Shown here in pieces: positions 28,414-38,123 of a stretch of 64,000 nucleotides of DNA. The notes below the pieces were generated by a model. The model had not been told where the DNA came from. It was given only the letters and a program-made list of their open reading frames with translations, and made no database searches. Position 1 is the first letter of the stretch, and each line of letters starts with the position of its first letter. Source of the stretch: Candidatus Iainarchaeum sp. (lineage in GTDB: Archaea > Iainarchaeota > Iainarchaeia > Iainarchaeales > GCA-2688035); the NCBI GenBank assembly GCA_017610205.1, contig JAFCCL010000001.1, forward strand, positions 122,805-186,804, given 5' to 3'. The position numbers and the translations under genes are program-made.

Positions 28414-29519
28414 CCTCTCACACAAAAAAATGGAAAGCAGAGCAAGTTTTGCAGCTACAACAGCTTGCAGATCAGTATTCAATAATTGCAATTGCTTCAC
28501 TGCAAAATTTCCCAGGCGCACTTGCAAAAGAGCTTAGGAAAAAATTGCAAGGAAAAGCAATAATAAAAGTTACAAAGACAAGAATTATAAAAAAAGCACT
28601 TGAAAATTCAAAACACGACATTTCTTCACTGAATGAACACCTCAAAGGAAGTGTTGCAGTAATATTCAGCGAAATAAACCCATTTGAACTTTATTCGCTT
28701 CTTAAAAAGAACTCTGTAAACATGCCTGCCAAAGCAGGACTTATTGCACCAAACGACATAGAAGTTCTGGCAGGAGACACCGGAATACCTCCTGGTCCGG
28801 CTTTGTCTGACTTAAAGGCAGCAGGGCTTAAAACAGTAATGCAAGGAGCAACAATTTCAATTGCAGAAAACAAAATTGTGGCCAAAAAAGGAGAAGTTAT
28901 TTCAAAAGGAGTTTCAGGAGCCCTTTCAAAACTTGGCATAAAACCAATAAAAGTAAGCCTTTCAATAACAAGCGCGCTTGAAAACGGTCAACTCTACCTA
29001 GGCGAAGTTCTCAATATTGACATTGATGCAACAAGACAAAATTTTGCAAAAGCAGCAAAAACAGCATTCAACATCGCAATTGAAACAGTATACTTTACAA
29101 ACCAAACAATGGCTGTTCTTATAACAAAGGGCTACAAGAACGCAAAAGCGGTTGCACTTGAAGCAAACATTCTTAACCCGGCAACAGTTGAAGACGTACT
29201 TGCAAAAGCAAACGCACAAGCGTCTGTTCTAAAAGCAAAAATTCCAAACACCATGCCGGAAAAAACTGCAAAAGAAGAAAAAGCTGGTGAAGAAAAGAAA
29301 ACCGAGGAAAAACCAGCAGAAGAAAAAGCTGAGAAAAAACCAGCAGAGAAAGAACCAGTAAAAGAAGAAAAAGCTGGTGAAAAAACCGAGGAAAAACCAG
29401 CAGAAGAAAAAGCTGAGAAAAAACCAGCAGAGAAAGAACCAGTAAAAGAAGAAAAAGCTGGTGAAAAAACCGAGGAAAAACCAGCAGAAGAAAAGAAAAC
29501 CGAAGAAAAAAAGGAGTAA
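28410..29519 (+). CDS. rpl10: 50S ribosomal protein uL10 (P0) with repetitive K/E tail
   Basis: AKAGLIAPNDIEV..GDTGIPPGP, LSKLGIKP. Confidence 0.95.
   Translation: MTSHTKKWKAEQVLQLQQLADQYSIIAIASLQNFPGALAKELRKKLQGKAIIKVTKTRIIKKALENSKHDISSLNEHLKGSVAVIFSEINPFELYSLLKKNSVNMPAKAGLIAPNDIEVLAGDTGIPPGPALSDLKAAGLKTVMQGATISIAENKIVAKKGEVISKGVSGALSKLGIKPIKVSLSITSALENGQLYLGEVLNIDIDATRQNFAKAAKTAFNIAIETVYFTNQTMAVLITKGYKNAKAVALEANILNPATVEDVLAKANAQASVLKAKIPNTMPEKTAKEEKAGEEKKTEEKPAEEKAEKKPAEKEPVKEEKAGEKTEEKPAEEKAEKKPAEKEPVKEEKAGEKTEEKPAEEKKTEEKKE
29271..29516 (+). repeat. 84-bp tandem duplication in the uL10 tail (KEEKAGEKTEEKPAEEKAEKKPAEKEPV)
   Basis: Unit starts at 29271 (with a 6-nt insertion), 29361 and 29445; near-identical at DNA level. 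Confidence 0.88.
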
Positions 29520-29557
29520 TTATTTTTTTATTAAAAAAATAAAACGGAGGGAATAAT

Positions 29558-29860
29558 ATGGAATATGTCTACACTGCGCTTTTGTTGCATGCTGCCGGAA
29601 AAGAAGTTTCTGAAGCAGCCGTAACCAAGATTTTAGAAGCAGCTGGAACAAAGCCTGATAGCGCAAGGGTCAAAGCACTAATTGCTTCATTGAAAGACGT
29701 AAACATTGAAGAAGCAATAAAAAACGCTGCGACAGTGCAGGCAGTTGCTGCAGCACCAGCTGCGGCAGGCCAAGCACAGCCAGAAGCAAAGGCAGAAAAA
29801 CAAGAAAAAAAGAAAACAGAGGAAGAAGCAGCAGAAGGCTTGGCAGGATTGTTTGGCTAA
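29558..29860 (+). CDS. rpl12: Ribosomal stalk protein P1 (aL12)
   Basis: MEYVYTALLLH...EEEAAEGLAGLFG. Confidence 0.97.
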   Translation: MEYVYTALLLHAAGKEVSEAAVTKILEAAGTKPDSARVKALIASLKDVNIEEAIKNAATVQAVAAAPAAAGQAQPEAKAEKQEKKKTEEEAAEGLAGLFG

Positions 29861-29975
29861 AAGCCTTCACTTTTTTCTCTTTTTTCTTCACTTTTTCAGT
29901 GATGGATAACTGTCTAAGGCAGTTGTCTGCAAACAAAAACCTATTTAAATCACATTATCCTTACTATTAATTGCT

Positions 29976-32354
29976 ATGAAGAAAGCATTAATCTTTTTTT
30001 TAATACTATTACTGTCAACAAACTGCCTTGCTGTAATTGAATCAGATTCCCTGAAAGTTTTTGCTGTAACAGACCAGGGAAATGCAATGGTATCAGAACT
30101 TATTCTAACAATCAAACCAGGCACTGGAATGATTTGGACCGATATTGAACCATTTGTCGGCACAAGTACACAGTCAACCGCCAAAATTGCTGTTGAAACA
30201 GCACGCGATTACAGTAACGCTGTTGAAAAATATGACTATTTTTTTGACATAAAAAGCGATGCATCACTTGTAGAAGGTCCAAGTGCCGGAGCTGCAATGG
30301 CCCTGCTTGTTATCTCAATGCTGCAAGACAAAGTCATACCAGAAGAAGTAGCATTAACCGGTACAATTACTGCTGAAGGAGGTGTTGGTTCTGTAGGAGG
30401 TGTTTTTGAAAAGTCAAAAGAAGCGGCAAAAGTTGGAATAAAGCTTTTTATGATTCCTCCAGGTGATTCAAGACAAACTGTTAAAGAAGGCGGAGAAGTA
30501 AAATCAATAAACCTAATAGACCATGCAAATAAAAACTGGGGCATTAAAATTATTGAAGTAAACAACATTGATGAAGTATTGTTTTATGCCTTTACTGAAA
30601 TAGAGTCAATTGATGTAAACACACAGCAAGTTCCCCAAATAGATTTTATTCCTGACAAAATTAACTTAAATAAAAATTTGAATTCAATGAAAATTCTTAC
30701 TGAAAAATATCTTTTTGAAGCAAAAGATTCAGTAAGATCAGCAAAAACCGCCTTAAGCGGAACAATGCTTAACGATCCATTACTTATTGATGCAATGCTT
30801 TCCTACCTGAATGAAAGTGAAAAATCTCTTGCAATAGGAGAAATTCTCTACGAGCAAAATTACATTTATAGTGCAGCAAACTATTCTTTTCTTGCAACAA
30901 TTAACAGCAATTTTGTAAAAGACATTTCTGAAAATCCAGCAATTATTTCAAGAACTTCCACTGCATTCAACGACAAAGTAAACAAACTTTCAAACAATAT
31001 TGATTCACTTGCATTTGATCTAAACAAGTTTATTCCTGTTAACGACTTTGAATGGCACATTGCCGCCAAAGAACGACTAAGTTGGGCAAAACTTAAAATA
31101 AATAACATAGAGGCCTCAGATAATATTGTTATAATTGTTGAACAAAACGGTCTTGACCTTGAAAGAGTTGGAGAAATAATGGATTACGAATATGCACTTG
31201 CGTGGTATTCTGTTTCAAAAGACTTTTTTGAAATGACAAAAGAATCAACAGTAGGGGTATTTCCAGATTCAGCTCTTAAAGAGCTTGCAGATTCATATAT
31301 TGCAAATGCAGAAAATAGCTTTGAAGCTTTGAATGGCCCAGAAGCCGAAGACATTAAAAGACGTCTTGACAGTGCAAAAATGATGCGTGGAGGAGGCTGG
31401 CTTTACGCAACCTTATTTGATTCTTCCTCAGCACTTGCCCTTTCAAATTCAAAAATATTTTCAAAAGACAAAGACCTTGGAGAGCTTCAAAACGCACTTC
31501 TTGGAAGACTTGTACTGCTTGACCAAAAAATAAACGAAAACGAAAACAACTTTGTCTGGGCAAGACTTTATCTTGACCATGCAAAATTCTACCTTGACAG
31601 CTCTGAATTCTACAGCCTGCAGGATCAACCTGCTCTTGCTATTGCAAGTGCAAAAAGCGGACTTGACCTGGTTTTTTTGGCTGAAGGCGTTTTTGATGCA
31701 GCAAATGCAAGTTATAACCACATAAACGAACTTCCGCCAGCTAATTTTGTTAAAATTTCTTCAGGATGGCAGGAAAAACCAGAATTTGAAGATTCATTAT
31801 ATGCTATAATTCTCCTATTAGTTCTTGTTGTAGCACTAATACTTTTTGGCATTATTACTTCTGAAAAAAAGTTCCATTTCCTAAAGCCATTTTCTTTTGA
31901 AGACAACCTTGATGACATTCTCAAACAACAAAGAAAGCTAAGGAAAAGATTTGAAAAAAGCTATATCAAAAAAGAACAATTTGAAATTCTCAACAAGCCT
32001 ATTCAAAACAAATTAAGTTCGTTGCTTGCAGAGCGAAGGGCAATAAGTGCAAACTATGTTGACCTGGATCTTAACAAAAGCAAGATTGCAGCATTTGAAA
32101 AAGTTTTAAGAGACCTTCGAATTCAGTTAAGGAAAAGAAAAATTACTGCAGAAGACTTTTCTTCAAACACAGCCTTTTACAGGAAAAGAATTGAACTTCT
32201 TAAGCAAATTGTAAAAGAAGATGAAAAAATGATAAAATCTGGCAAAAAAATCGCAGAAGAAAACTTTTCCAAAGAAAAGAAAAAAGAAAAAGCAGAAAAG
32301 AAAAGGGCAAAAGAGAATCAGAAAAAAACAAAACGAAAAAAGAAAAGAAGCTAA
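29976..32354 (+). CDS. Exported, membrane-anchored Lon-like (S16) Ser-Lys protease without AAA+ domain
   Basis: Signal peptide; EGPSAG (Ser), TGTI...VGGVFEK (Lys); TM helix near aa 610-630; basic coiled-coil C-terminus. Confidence 0.85.
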   Translation: MKKALIFFLILLLSTNCLAVIESDSLKVFAVTDQGNAMVSELILTIKPGTGMIWTDIEPFVGTSTQSTAKIAVETARDYSNAVEKYDYFFDIKSDASLVEGPSAGAAMALLVISMLQDKVIPEEVALTGTITAEGGVGSVGGVFEKSKEAAKVGIKLFMIPPGDSRQTVKEGGEVKSINLIDHANKNWGIKIIEVNNIDEVLFYAFTEIESIDVNTQQVPQIDFIPDKINLNKNLNSMKILTEKYLFEAKDSVRSAKTALSGTMLNDPLLIDAMLSYLNESEKSLAIGEILYEQNYIYSAANYSFLATINSNFVKDISENPAIISRTSTAFNDKVNKLSNNIDSLAFDLNKFIPVNDFEWHIAAKERLSWAKLKINNIEASDNIVIIVEQNGLDLERVGEIMDYEYALAWYSVSKDFFEMTKESTVGVFPDSALKELADSYIANAENSFEALNGPEAEDIKRRLDSAKMMRGGGWLYATLFDSSSALALSNSKIFSKDKDLGELQNALLGRLVLLDQKINENENNFVWARLYLDHAKFYLDSSEFYSLQDQPALAIASAKSGLDLVFLAEGVFDAANASYNHINELPPANFVKISSGWQEKPEFEDSLYAIILLLVLVVALILFGIITSEKKFHFLKPFSFEDNLDDILKQQRKLRKRFEKSYIKKEQFEILNKPIQNKLSSLLAERRAISANYVDLDLNKSKIAAFEKVLRDLRIQLRKRKITAEDFSSNTAFYRKRIELLKQIVKEDEKMIKSGKKIAEENFSKEKKKEKAEKKRAKENQKKTKRKKKRS

Positions 32355-32365
32355 TAATTTTTTTT

Positions 32366-35341
32366 TTAATCTGCCTTCAATTTGTCTCTAAGTTTTAATC
32401 CAATTACACTGCTTTTTTGTTTGTTAACAGCAACGCCAATAATTTGGTTGGCTTCCTGCACCAAAGGATCGTTGTGAGTTATTGCAATAAACTGGCTTTG
32501 GTGGCTTATTTTTTTTATTATAGTGGCCATTTTTACACTGTTTTCCTTGTCAAGTGCAGAGTCTGCTTCGTCAAACACATAAAATGGAGCAGGTTCATAA
32601 ATCTGTATTGCAAAAAGGAACGCAAGTGCAGTCATTGTCTTTTCTCCCCCGCTCATTGAATCAATGTTTTTAATGTTGTCGCCCTTGTGCTTTGCCTGAA
32701 TCAAAAGCCCTGCCTCCAAAGGGTTTTCCCGATTGCTTAACTCAAGTGCCCCTTCACCATTAAACAATGTATTAAACATTTTTGAAAAGTTTTTGCTTAA
32801 TTCATCAAAACATTTCATAAAAACACTTGTTCTCTTCACATCAATTCTTTCAATCATTTCAATAACAGCAATTTTTTCCTCATCAAGCTTTTCAACCTTT
32901 TTTCTTACATCTTTAACCTCTGCTTCAAGCTGATTGTACGATTCTAATGCCTTCATATTAATTGCACCAAGCTCTTTGACTCTTTTTTCAATTGCTTCAA
33001 GCCGTTGGTTTAATTTTGCCGGTTCAAAGTCTGGAATTGTTTCAACTCCCTTAAATTCTTTGGTCTCTTCATTCAAATCAGCGGCTCTTACTTCACGCTT
33101 GCTTTTTTCAATAAGCAGGGTGTTTACCTGTTGAACAATGCTTTTAAGCCTTGTATGGATTTTTCCAATTACAGATTCAAATTTTGCAATACCCCTGTCT
33201 GCCTTTTCCTTTTCTTCAACCATCTTTTGACCGTGTCTTTCAGACTCGCTTACTTTTGCCTCCAAAGCAGAAGTCTTTTCTACCAATGCCAGCAGTTCCT
33301 TTTCACCGAAACCAATTTCAGAAGAAATCTTTTCATTTTCTTCCTTTAACTCAACTATTTCGTTCAAAAGCACCTTCTTTTGTTTTTGCAGTTGCTCCGA
33401 AAAACGGTTTTGCAAATTTTCCTTTTCCTGCTTTAGTGAATGTTCCTGTTTTTCAAACTCTGAAAGCTTGTCGCTTACAACTGTAAAAGTGCTTAATCCA
33501 ACCCCTTCACTAAATGCCTTAATTTTTTCTTTTTGAGCCAAAAGCCCTGTTCTTTTTTCAGATTCTTTTCCTTCACCAATACCAATTTTTTTCAAAAGGT
33601 CGCTATAATCATTTTCAATAAGCCATTGTTTTAGCAAAGCAAGCTTTTCTCGTTTTTTTGTAAAATCTTCCCTTAATTCTTTTAAATCAGCTGTTTCGAC
33701 TGCAAGTGCTTTTTCTTTTTCTGAGGACTCTCTTAGTAATGCAAGTCTTGAATCAAGGTCTTTCCTTCTCTGCTTTAAGGTCTGTTCTTTAATCAAAATT
33801 TTCTTAAGCAATCCCTCTTTTTTTACCTTTAAATTTTCACTTTTTCTTTTTTCAAGCTGTGAATCACATACAGGGCATTGGGCAAAATTTTTTCCAAGCA
33901 TTTCAATGCTTTCGACAACACCTTTCTTTTCGGCTTCTGTTTCCTTCAAAACCTCCAATGCACGCTCGCCCTCCCTTTGTGTTTTTGCAAGAGTTTCAGA
34001 AATATTTCCAAACTTTTTTCTCAATTGTGCAAGAAGCCCTGCCTTTTTTTCCCTTTCCAGAACTTTTGCCTCTGCTGATTCAATTGCCTGAATTGTTTCC
34101 CTCATAACCTGCTTTTTGAATTCTGTTTTCTGTTTTATTCCATTAAGCAGGACTTTTTTTTCAAAAAGTTCTTCATTCAAAGAAGCAAGTTCTGAAGTGG
34201 TTCTTTCCATAACTGCATTCATTTCAGTAAGTTTTCTTTCCTTTTGTTCTGCATCGCTTTGAAGCAGGTTCTTTTTTTCAGCAGTTTCTTTGATTTTTTT
34301 TCCAAGTACTTCAAGTTCGGCATTTATTTCGCTAACCCTTTTCTTTTGAATTACTGCCTCTTCTTCAATTATCAAGGTCTTCTTTTCAAGTACTTCAACA
34401 GTTGTTTTATTGCGTTCAAACAACCGGTTTTTGTTCTCCAGTCTTTCCGCAGCCAGTGCCTTTCCTGTTCTGGCCTCTTCAAGCTGTGCTCCAACTGTTG
34501 CATAGGTTTCTTTTCTTTGAGAAAGAATAAGCTTGTTTAATCTTTCTGATTCGTCTTTTAGTTTTTTCTTTTCTAAAGAATCTTTATCTGTTTTGGATTC
34601 AAGCTCTTTTTTTTCAGCCTCAAGCACTTCAAGTTTTTCAGAACACTCTTTTTCACTTTTTTCAAGCTTTTCAATTTCTGAAAAAATAATTGTTGCCTTT
34701 ATTTTTCTGTTTTCGTCCTGCAAGCTTTCAAATTCTGCAGCAGAATCCTTGTCTTTTCTCATTTGTTCAAGATAATTTTCTCTCTCCTGCAAAACAATGC
34801 CTGCATCCCTTAGCTTGTTGTCAACTTTTTGCAATTCCTTCAAAGCCTCGTCCTTTTTTGCATCAAATTCCTGAAGCCCTGCAAGCTCGTCAATTATTTG
34901 CCTTCTTTCAATTGGGCTCATTTCAATAACTCTTGTGGTATCGCCCTGTACAACAATGTTGTGCCCATCTGGCTTTATGCCAAGTTCAAGGAGCAATGAT
35001 ACAATTTCGTTTCTTGTCTTTCTTTTGCCGTCGAGTCTGAAAACACTTTTGCCCTTTTTGTCAATCATTCTTTGCACAAGGTATGTTTTGTCACCTTCCT
35101 TAATGGACAATTCTACTTTGGCGTAGTTTTCAACAGCATTATTGTTTACAAGCTCGTCAATTCTGCTTACCCTGAGCATTTTCATGCTTGAAGTGCCAAG
35201 TACAAAAAGCAATGCGTCCAAAATATTTGTTTTGCCTGAACCATTGCTTCCAACAATTGCAGTAAAACCATTGCTTAACGGAATGTCAGCCTTCTTAAAA
35301 GACTTAAAATTTCTTAAAACAAGCTTTTGCAATTTAACCAT
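32366..35341 (-). CDS. smc: Condensin-type Smc ATPase with central CPVC zinc hook and no recognisable hinge
   Basis: NFKSF, GSNGSGKTN, VVQGD, ERRQIIDELAG, GAINMKALESY, MSGGEK, FDEADSALD; CPVC at aa 489-492 of 991. Confidence 0.88.
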   Translation of the reverse strand: MVKLQKLVLRNFKSFKKADIPLSNGFTAIVGSNGSGKTNILDALLFVLGTSSMKMLRVSRIDELVNNNAVENYAKVELSIKEGDKTYLVQRMIDKKGKSVFRLDGKRKTRNEIVSLLLELGIKPDGHNIVVQGDTTRVIEMSPIERRQIIDELAGLQEFDAKKDEALKELQKVDNKLRDAGIVLQERENYLEQMRKDKDSAAEFESLQDENRKIKATIIFSEIEKLEKSEKECSEKLEVLEAEKKELESKTDKDSLEKKKLKDESERLNKLILSQRKETYATVGAQLEEARTGKALAAERLENKNRLFERNKTTVEVLEKKTLIIEEEAVIQKKRVSEINAELEVLGKKIKETAEKKNLLQSDAEQKERKLTEMNAVMERTTSELASLNEELFEKKVLLNGIKQKTEFKKQVMRETIQAIESAEAKVLEREKKAGLLAQLRKKFGNISETLAKTQREGERALEVLKETEAEKKGVVESIEMLGKNFAQCPVCDSQLEKRKSENLKVKKEGLLKKILIKEQTLKQRRKDLDSRLALLRESSEKEKALAVETADLKELREDFTKKREKLALLKQWLIENDYSDLLKKIGIGEGKESEKRTGLLAQKEKIKAFSEGVGLSTFTVVSDKLSEFEKQEHSLKQEKENLQNRFSEQLQKQKKVLLNEIVELKEENEKISSEIGFGEKELLALVEKTSALEAKVSESERHGQKMVEEKEKADRGIAKFESVIGKIHTRLKSIVQQVNTLLIEKSKREVRAADLNEETKEFKGVETIPDFEPAKLNQRLEAIEKRVKELGAINMKALESYNQLEAEVKDVRKKVEKLDEEKIAVIEMIERIDVKRTSVFMKCFDELSKNFSKMFNTLFNGEGALELSNRENPLEAGLLIQAKHKGDNIKNIDSMSGGEKTMTALAFLFAIQIYEPAPFYVFDEADSALDKENSVKMATIIKKISHQSQFIAITHNDPLVQEANQIIGVAVNKQKSSVIGLKLRDKLKAD

Positions 35342-35405
35342 AAAAAATCCCCTTTAAGCAAAAAAGGTTTGTTATATAAAAAAAGGTGAATTACTTTAAA
35401 TTCTT

Positions 35406-36197
35406 TTACTTGGATTTTTTGCCATAATAAACTGCAAGAGCAAGCCCTGAAAAGGCCAAAAACAGTGCCCAAAACAATGCAAAAACAATCGCTGACTCAA
35501 TTTCCCCCTCAAAAAAGTCCGAGGCCATACTTCCAACACTCATAAGAATTCCGTAAATTGCAGTAACAATAATTACAAAAAGCAACACTTGCCAAAATCT
35601 GCTCTGGGAAAACATCCATGATTTCTCCAAAGCCTTTCTTACATTGCTTTTATCAAAAGCAAGCGCCTGCAAAACAAAAACAAATTTTACCGCAACATAA
35701 AAGCCAGCAAGTACAAACAATACAAACAACACAAGTCCAGCCAGCTCAAAAAGCAATGTTACTATTAGTGAAAACCAAAGCAGAATTGCAAGCAAAAACC
35801 CAAAAATTGTTATAAAAACCGCAAAAGAAATAATTTGTCCAATTGCACGAAGTGTTTCACTGCAAGCCATTCCAATGCCTGCCTTTCCCTTAACTTCAAG
35901 CCTTTCATAGGCAGCATACCAATAATTTAAAGCCGCAAAAAGAATTCCTGAAAGCACAACAAAAACAAGCACTGCTGCTATTTGCAAACCATACAATCCA
36001 ATCAACTGAAAAGGCAATACATTAAGTGCTGTATCCGGAACATTTTCTAAAATCATTATTTCTACTACAAGTTCTATCAAAAAAGGCGAAAAAATGTAGG
36101 CTAGAATAAAAAAGATTGCAATTGATGCCAAAGCAGGCAGCAAAACCAAGGGATTTTTTACAAGCCTTTTTGCAGTATTCAAAAGTGCGTTAATCAA
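35406..36197 (-). CDS. Multi-pass membrane protein of unknown function
   Basis: About 6 hydrophobic segments; ALEKSW motif typical of DUF7544/GDPD-membrane-like proteins. Confidence 0.75.
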   Translation of the reverse strand: MINALLNTAKRLVKNPLVLLPALASIAIFFILAYIFSPFLIELVVEIMILENVPDTALNVLPFQLIGLYGLQIAAVLVFVVLSGILFAALNYWYAAYERLEVKGKAGIGMACSETLRAIGQIISFAVFITIFGFLLAILLWFSLIVTLLFELAGLVLFVLFVLAGFYVAVKFVFVLQALAFDKSNVRKALEKSWMFSQSRFWQVLLFVIIVTAIYGILMSVGSMASDFFEGEIESAIVFALFWALFLAFSGLALAVYYGKKSK

Positions 36198-36371
36198 TTT
36201 AATTCACTGTTCTCCAATTATATCCACTATTATTATCTTCTTCTTATTTTTAATGCTTTTCTTTGACAATTTATGCCCTAGAGTAAGACATTTAAAGCTT
36301 GCTAAGCACAATTAATTCACTGGAGAAGACCTATTTTTCCTGCTTTTAAGAAGCTAAAATTAGGTGTTTTT

Positions 36372-36428
36372 TTTGAATTAAAAAGTGTTATTTGAATTAA
36401 AAAGTGTTATTTGAATTAAAAAGTGTTA
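36372..36428. repeat. Three exact tandem copies of TTTGAATTAAAAAGTGTTA (19 bp)
   Basis: Copies at 36372, 36391 and 36410, ending 5 nt before the eL42 ATG. Confidence 0.92.
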
Positions 36429-36433
36429 TTTTT

Positions 36434-36721
36434 ATGAATGTTCCAAAGGTAACCAAGGATTACTGCAAGAAGTGCAACAAGCACACAGAGCACAAGCTAA
36501 AACTCTTTAAAGCAGGTTCATCCAGGGGTTTGGCTGAAGGAAACAGGAAAAACATTGAAAAAAAGAAGGGTTACAAGGGAAAATACCAGTTTCCAGCAAC
36601 AATAAAAAAGCAAAACAAAAAGCCAACCTTTGTTGCAGAATGCGAAGTTTGCAAGGCAAAACACTACTACGTTATTCCAAAGAGAATGAAGAAAGTAGAG
36701 CTTGTGGCAAAAGCAGCTTAA
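36434..36721 (+). CDS. rpl44e: 50S ribosomal protein eL42 (L44e)
   Basis: MNVPK...YCKKCNKHTEHK...ECEVCK zinc ribbon. Confidence 0.9.
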   Translation: MNVPKVTKDYCKKCNKHTEHKLKLFKAGSSRGLAEGNRKNIEKKKGYKGKYQFPATIKKQNKKPTFVAECEVCKAKHYYVIPKRMKKVELVAKAA

Positions 36722-36762
36722 TTTTTCCAAATTCTATTTTATTTTCTAAATTCTTTTTGTTT

Positions 36763-37161
36763 TCAAAATTTTTTTATTAACTTTTCTTTGTAAATTTTAA
36801 CTAATTGGTCTAAAGATTTAGCTTCTCTTTCCAAATCAAGTATTTTTATTTGAGTTTGGGTTATTGGAATTCCAGCAACTTTTAGCAGGACATAGCTCAT
36901 TGCATCAGGTCTCTTTTTCTCAGAAACCCAAATTATTTTCCCACCTAACATTTCTCCAACTATTATTTCAGCAAATCCTCTTCTTTTTTTTTCATTCAGT
37001 TTACTAAACGCTTCCATTTCCAATTCATTTAACTCTAGCCATTTTTCGCGACGGTTTTGAATTTCTTTAGCAACTAGCTTTTCCCGTCGCTTTTTTGCAA
37101 ATTTTGTACTAAATTTGCTTTCAATAATAGAACAAACAGTTCTAATTTTTCTAAATCACAT
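36763..37161 (-). pseudogene. Basic orphan ORF; frame open upstream to an ATG-TGA at 37161-37156
   Basis: The track ORF 36763-37023 extends without stops to ATG TGA TTT AGA AAA... Confidence 0.4.
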
Positions 37162-37212
37162 AAATTATTTTTGGTTATATCTTTTTAAAAACAAACCTGC
37201 TATTTTGTTAAC

Positions 37213-38037
37213 ATGACTGCCCGAAACAGTATTTTGTTAATAATAAAGCAGCAGCCTGGAATTGAATACAATTCTCTTTTGAACAAAATTGTAGGAAGCT
37301 ATGGCAGCATTGAGTCTGCAAGAGCTGCCTTAAGCAGAAGCATTCGTTACCTTTCGGCCCTTGGTCTTGTTGCAAGGCGTGGCAACAAGCTTTTTGCCAC
37401 CGGAAAAGGAATGGCTCTTTTGAGTAATGAAATGCAAAACAAGCTTCTTTTGAAACTAAATGATTTAATAGGAAAAAAGGATGCCTCAATTCGTTTTGAA
37501 ACAGTTGTTGAATTGCTTCAAACACTTATTGAAAGAAGCAAGCAAGACAAGGACCTTTTGCTTGCGGCAAAGGGAAGCGTTGACTTTTACATTTCAAACC
37601 TTGCTTTTTTGGAAAAAGACGTTGAGAAAAGAATCCACCGCATGCAATACCTGCACAAGATTTTTAAACAACAGGTTTCTTCCCTAAAAGAACTGGGCTT
37701 TTCTGACTTCAGGGAACTGGTTTGGAATCCTGCTTCAAAAAAAACCCTTAAAGCAATTGCAAAAAAATCAAAAGCCAGGGCTTTTACTGTTGAATGCCTG
37801 GACAACGGGTTTAGAAAAAAGGCAGCAGAACATTTTTCGGCAAAGGGAAGACAAAACGATTTGTTTCTTGAAGCAAAACAGTTTGGTTCTTTTCTGAACT
37901 TTGTTGAAAACAATTCAAAAATTGAAAGAAACACAGTAAACCTTTTTCTCGGAGGCATTAAAATTAAAATAGATTTCCCACACATTTTTGTAACAGCTCC
38001 CTGCAAGCAACTGCAGGAACTGCTTGAAGAAAAATAA
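37213..38037 (+). CDS. Hypothetical protein with N-terminal winged-helix domain
   Basis: ILLIIKQQPGIEYNSLL...ALSRSIRYLSALGLVARRGNKLFATGKG. Confidence 0.7.
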   Translation: MTARNSILLIIKQQPGIEYNSLLNKIVGSYGSIESARAALSRSIRYLSALGLVARRGNKLFATGKGMALLSNEMQNKLLLKLNDLIGKKDASIRFETVVELLQTLIERSKQDKDLLLAAKGSVDFYISNLAFLEKDVEKRIHRMQYLHKIFKQQVSSLKELGFSDFRELVWNPASKKTLKAIAKKSKARAFTVECLDNGFRKKAAEHFSAKGRQNDLFLEAKQFGSFLNFVENNSKIERNTVNLFLGGIKIKIDFPHIFVTAPCKQLQELLEEK

Positions 38038-38040
38038 AAC

Positions 38041-38112
38041 GCGTCCGTGGTCTAGTGGTTAGGATTCAAGCTTCCCAAGCTTGCTACCCGGGTTCGAGTC
38101 CCGGCGGACGCA
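38041..38112 (+). tRNA. tRNA-Gly(CCC)
   Basis: GCGTCCG/CGGACGC acceptor; CAAGC-TTCCCAA-GCTTG anticodon arm; GTTCGAGTC T-loop. Confidence 0.96.
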
Positions 38113-38123
38113 ATTATTTTTTT

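Noticed and set aside
32366-35341. Calling this gene rad50
   Set aside because: D-loop, neck and N-terminal motifs are of the Smc type, and no mre11 is adjacent.
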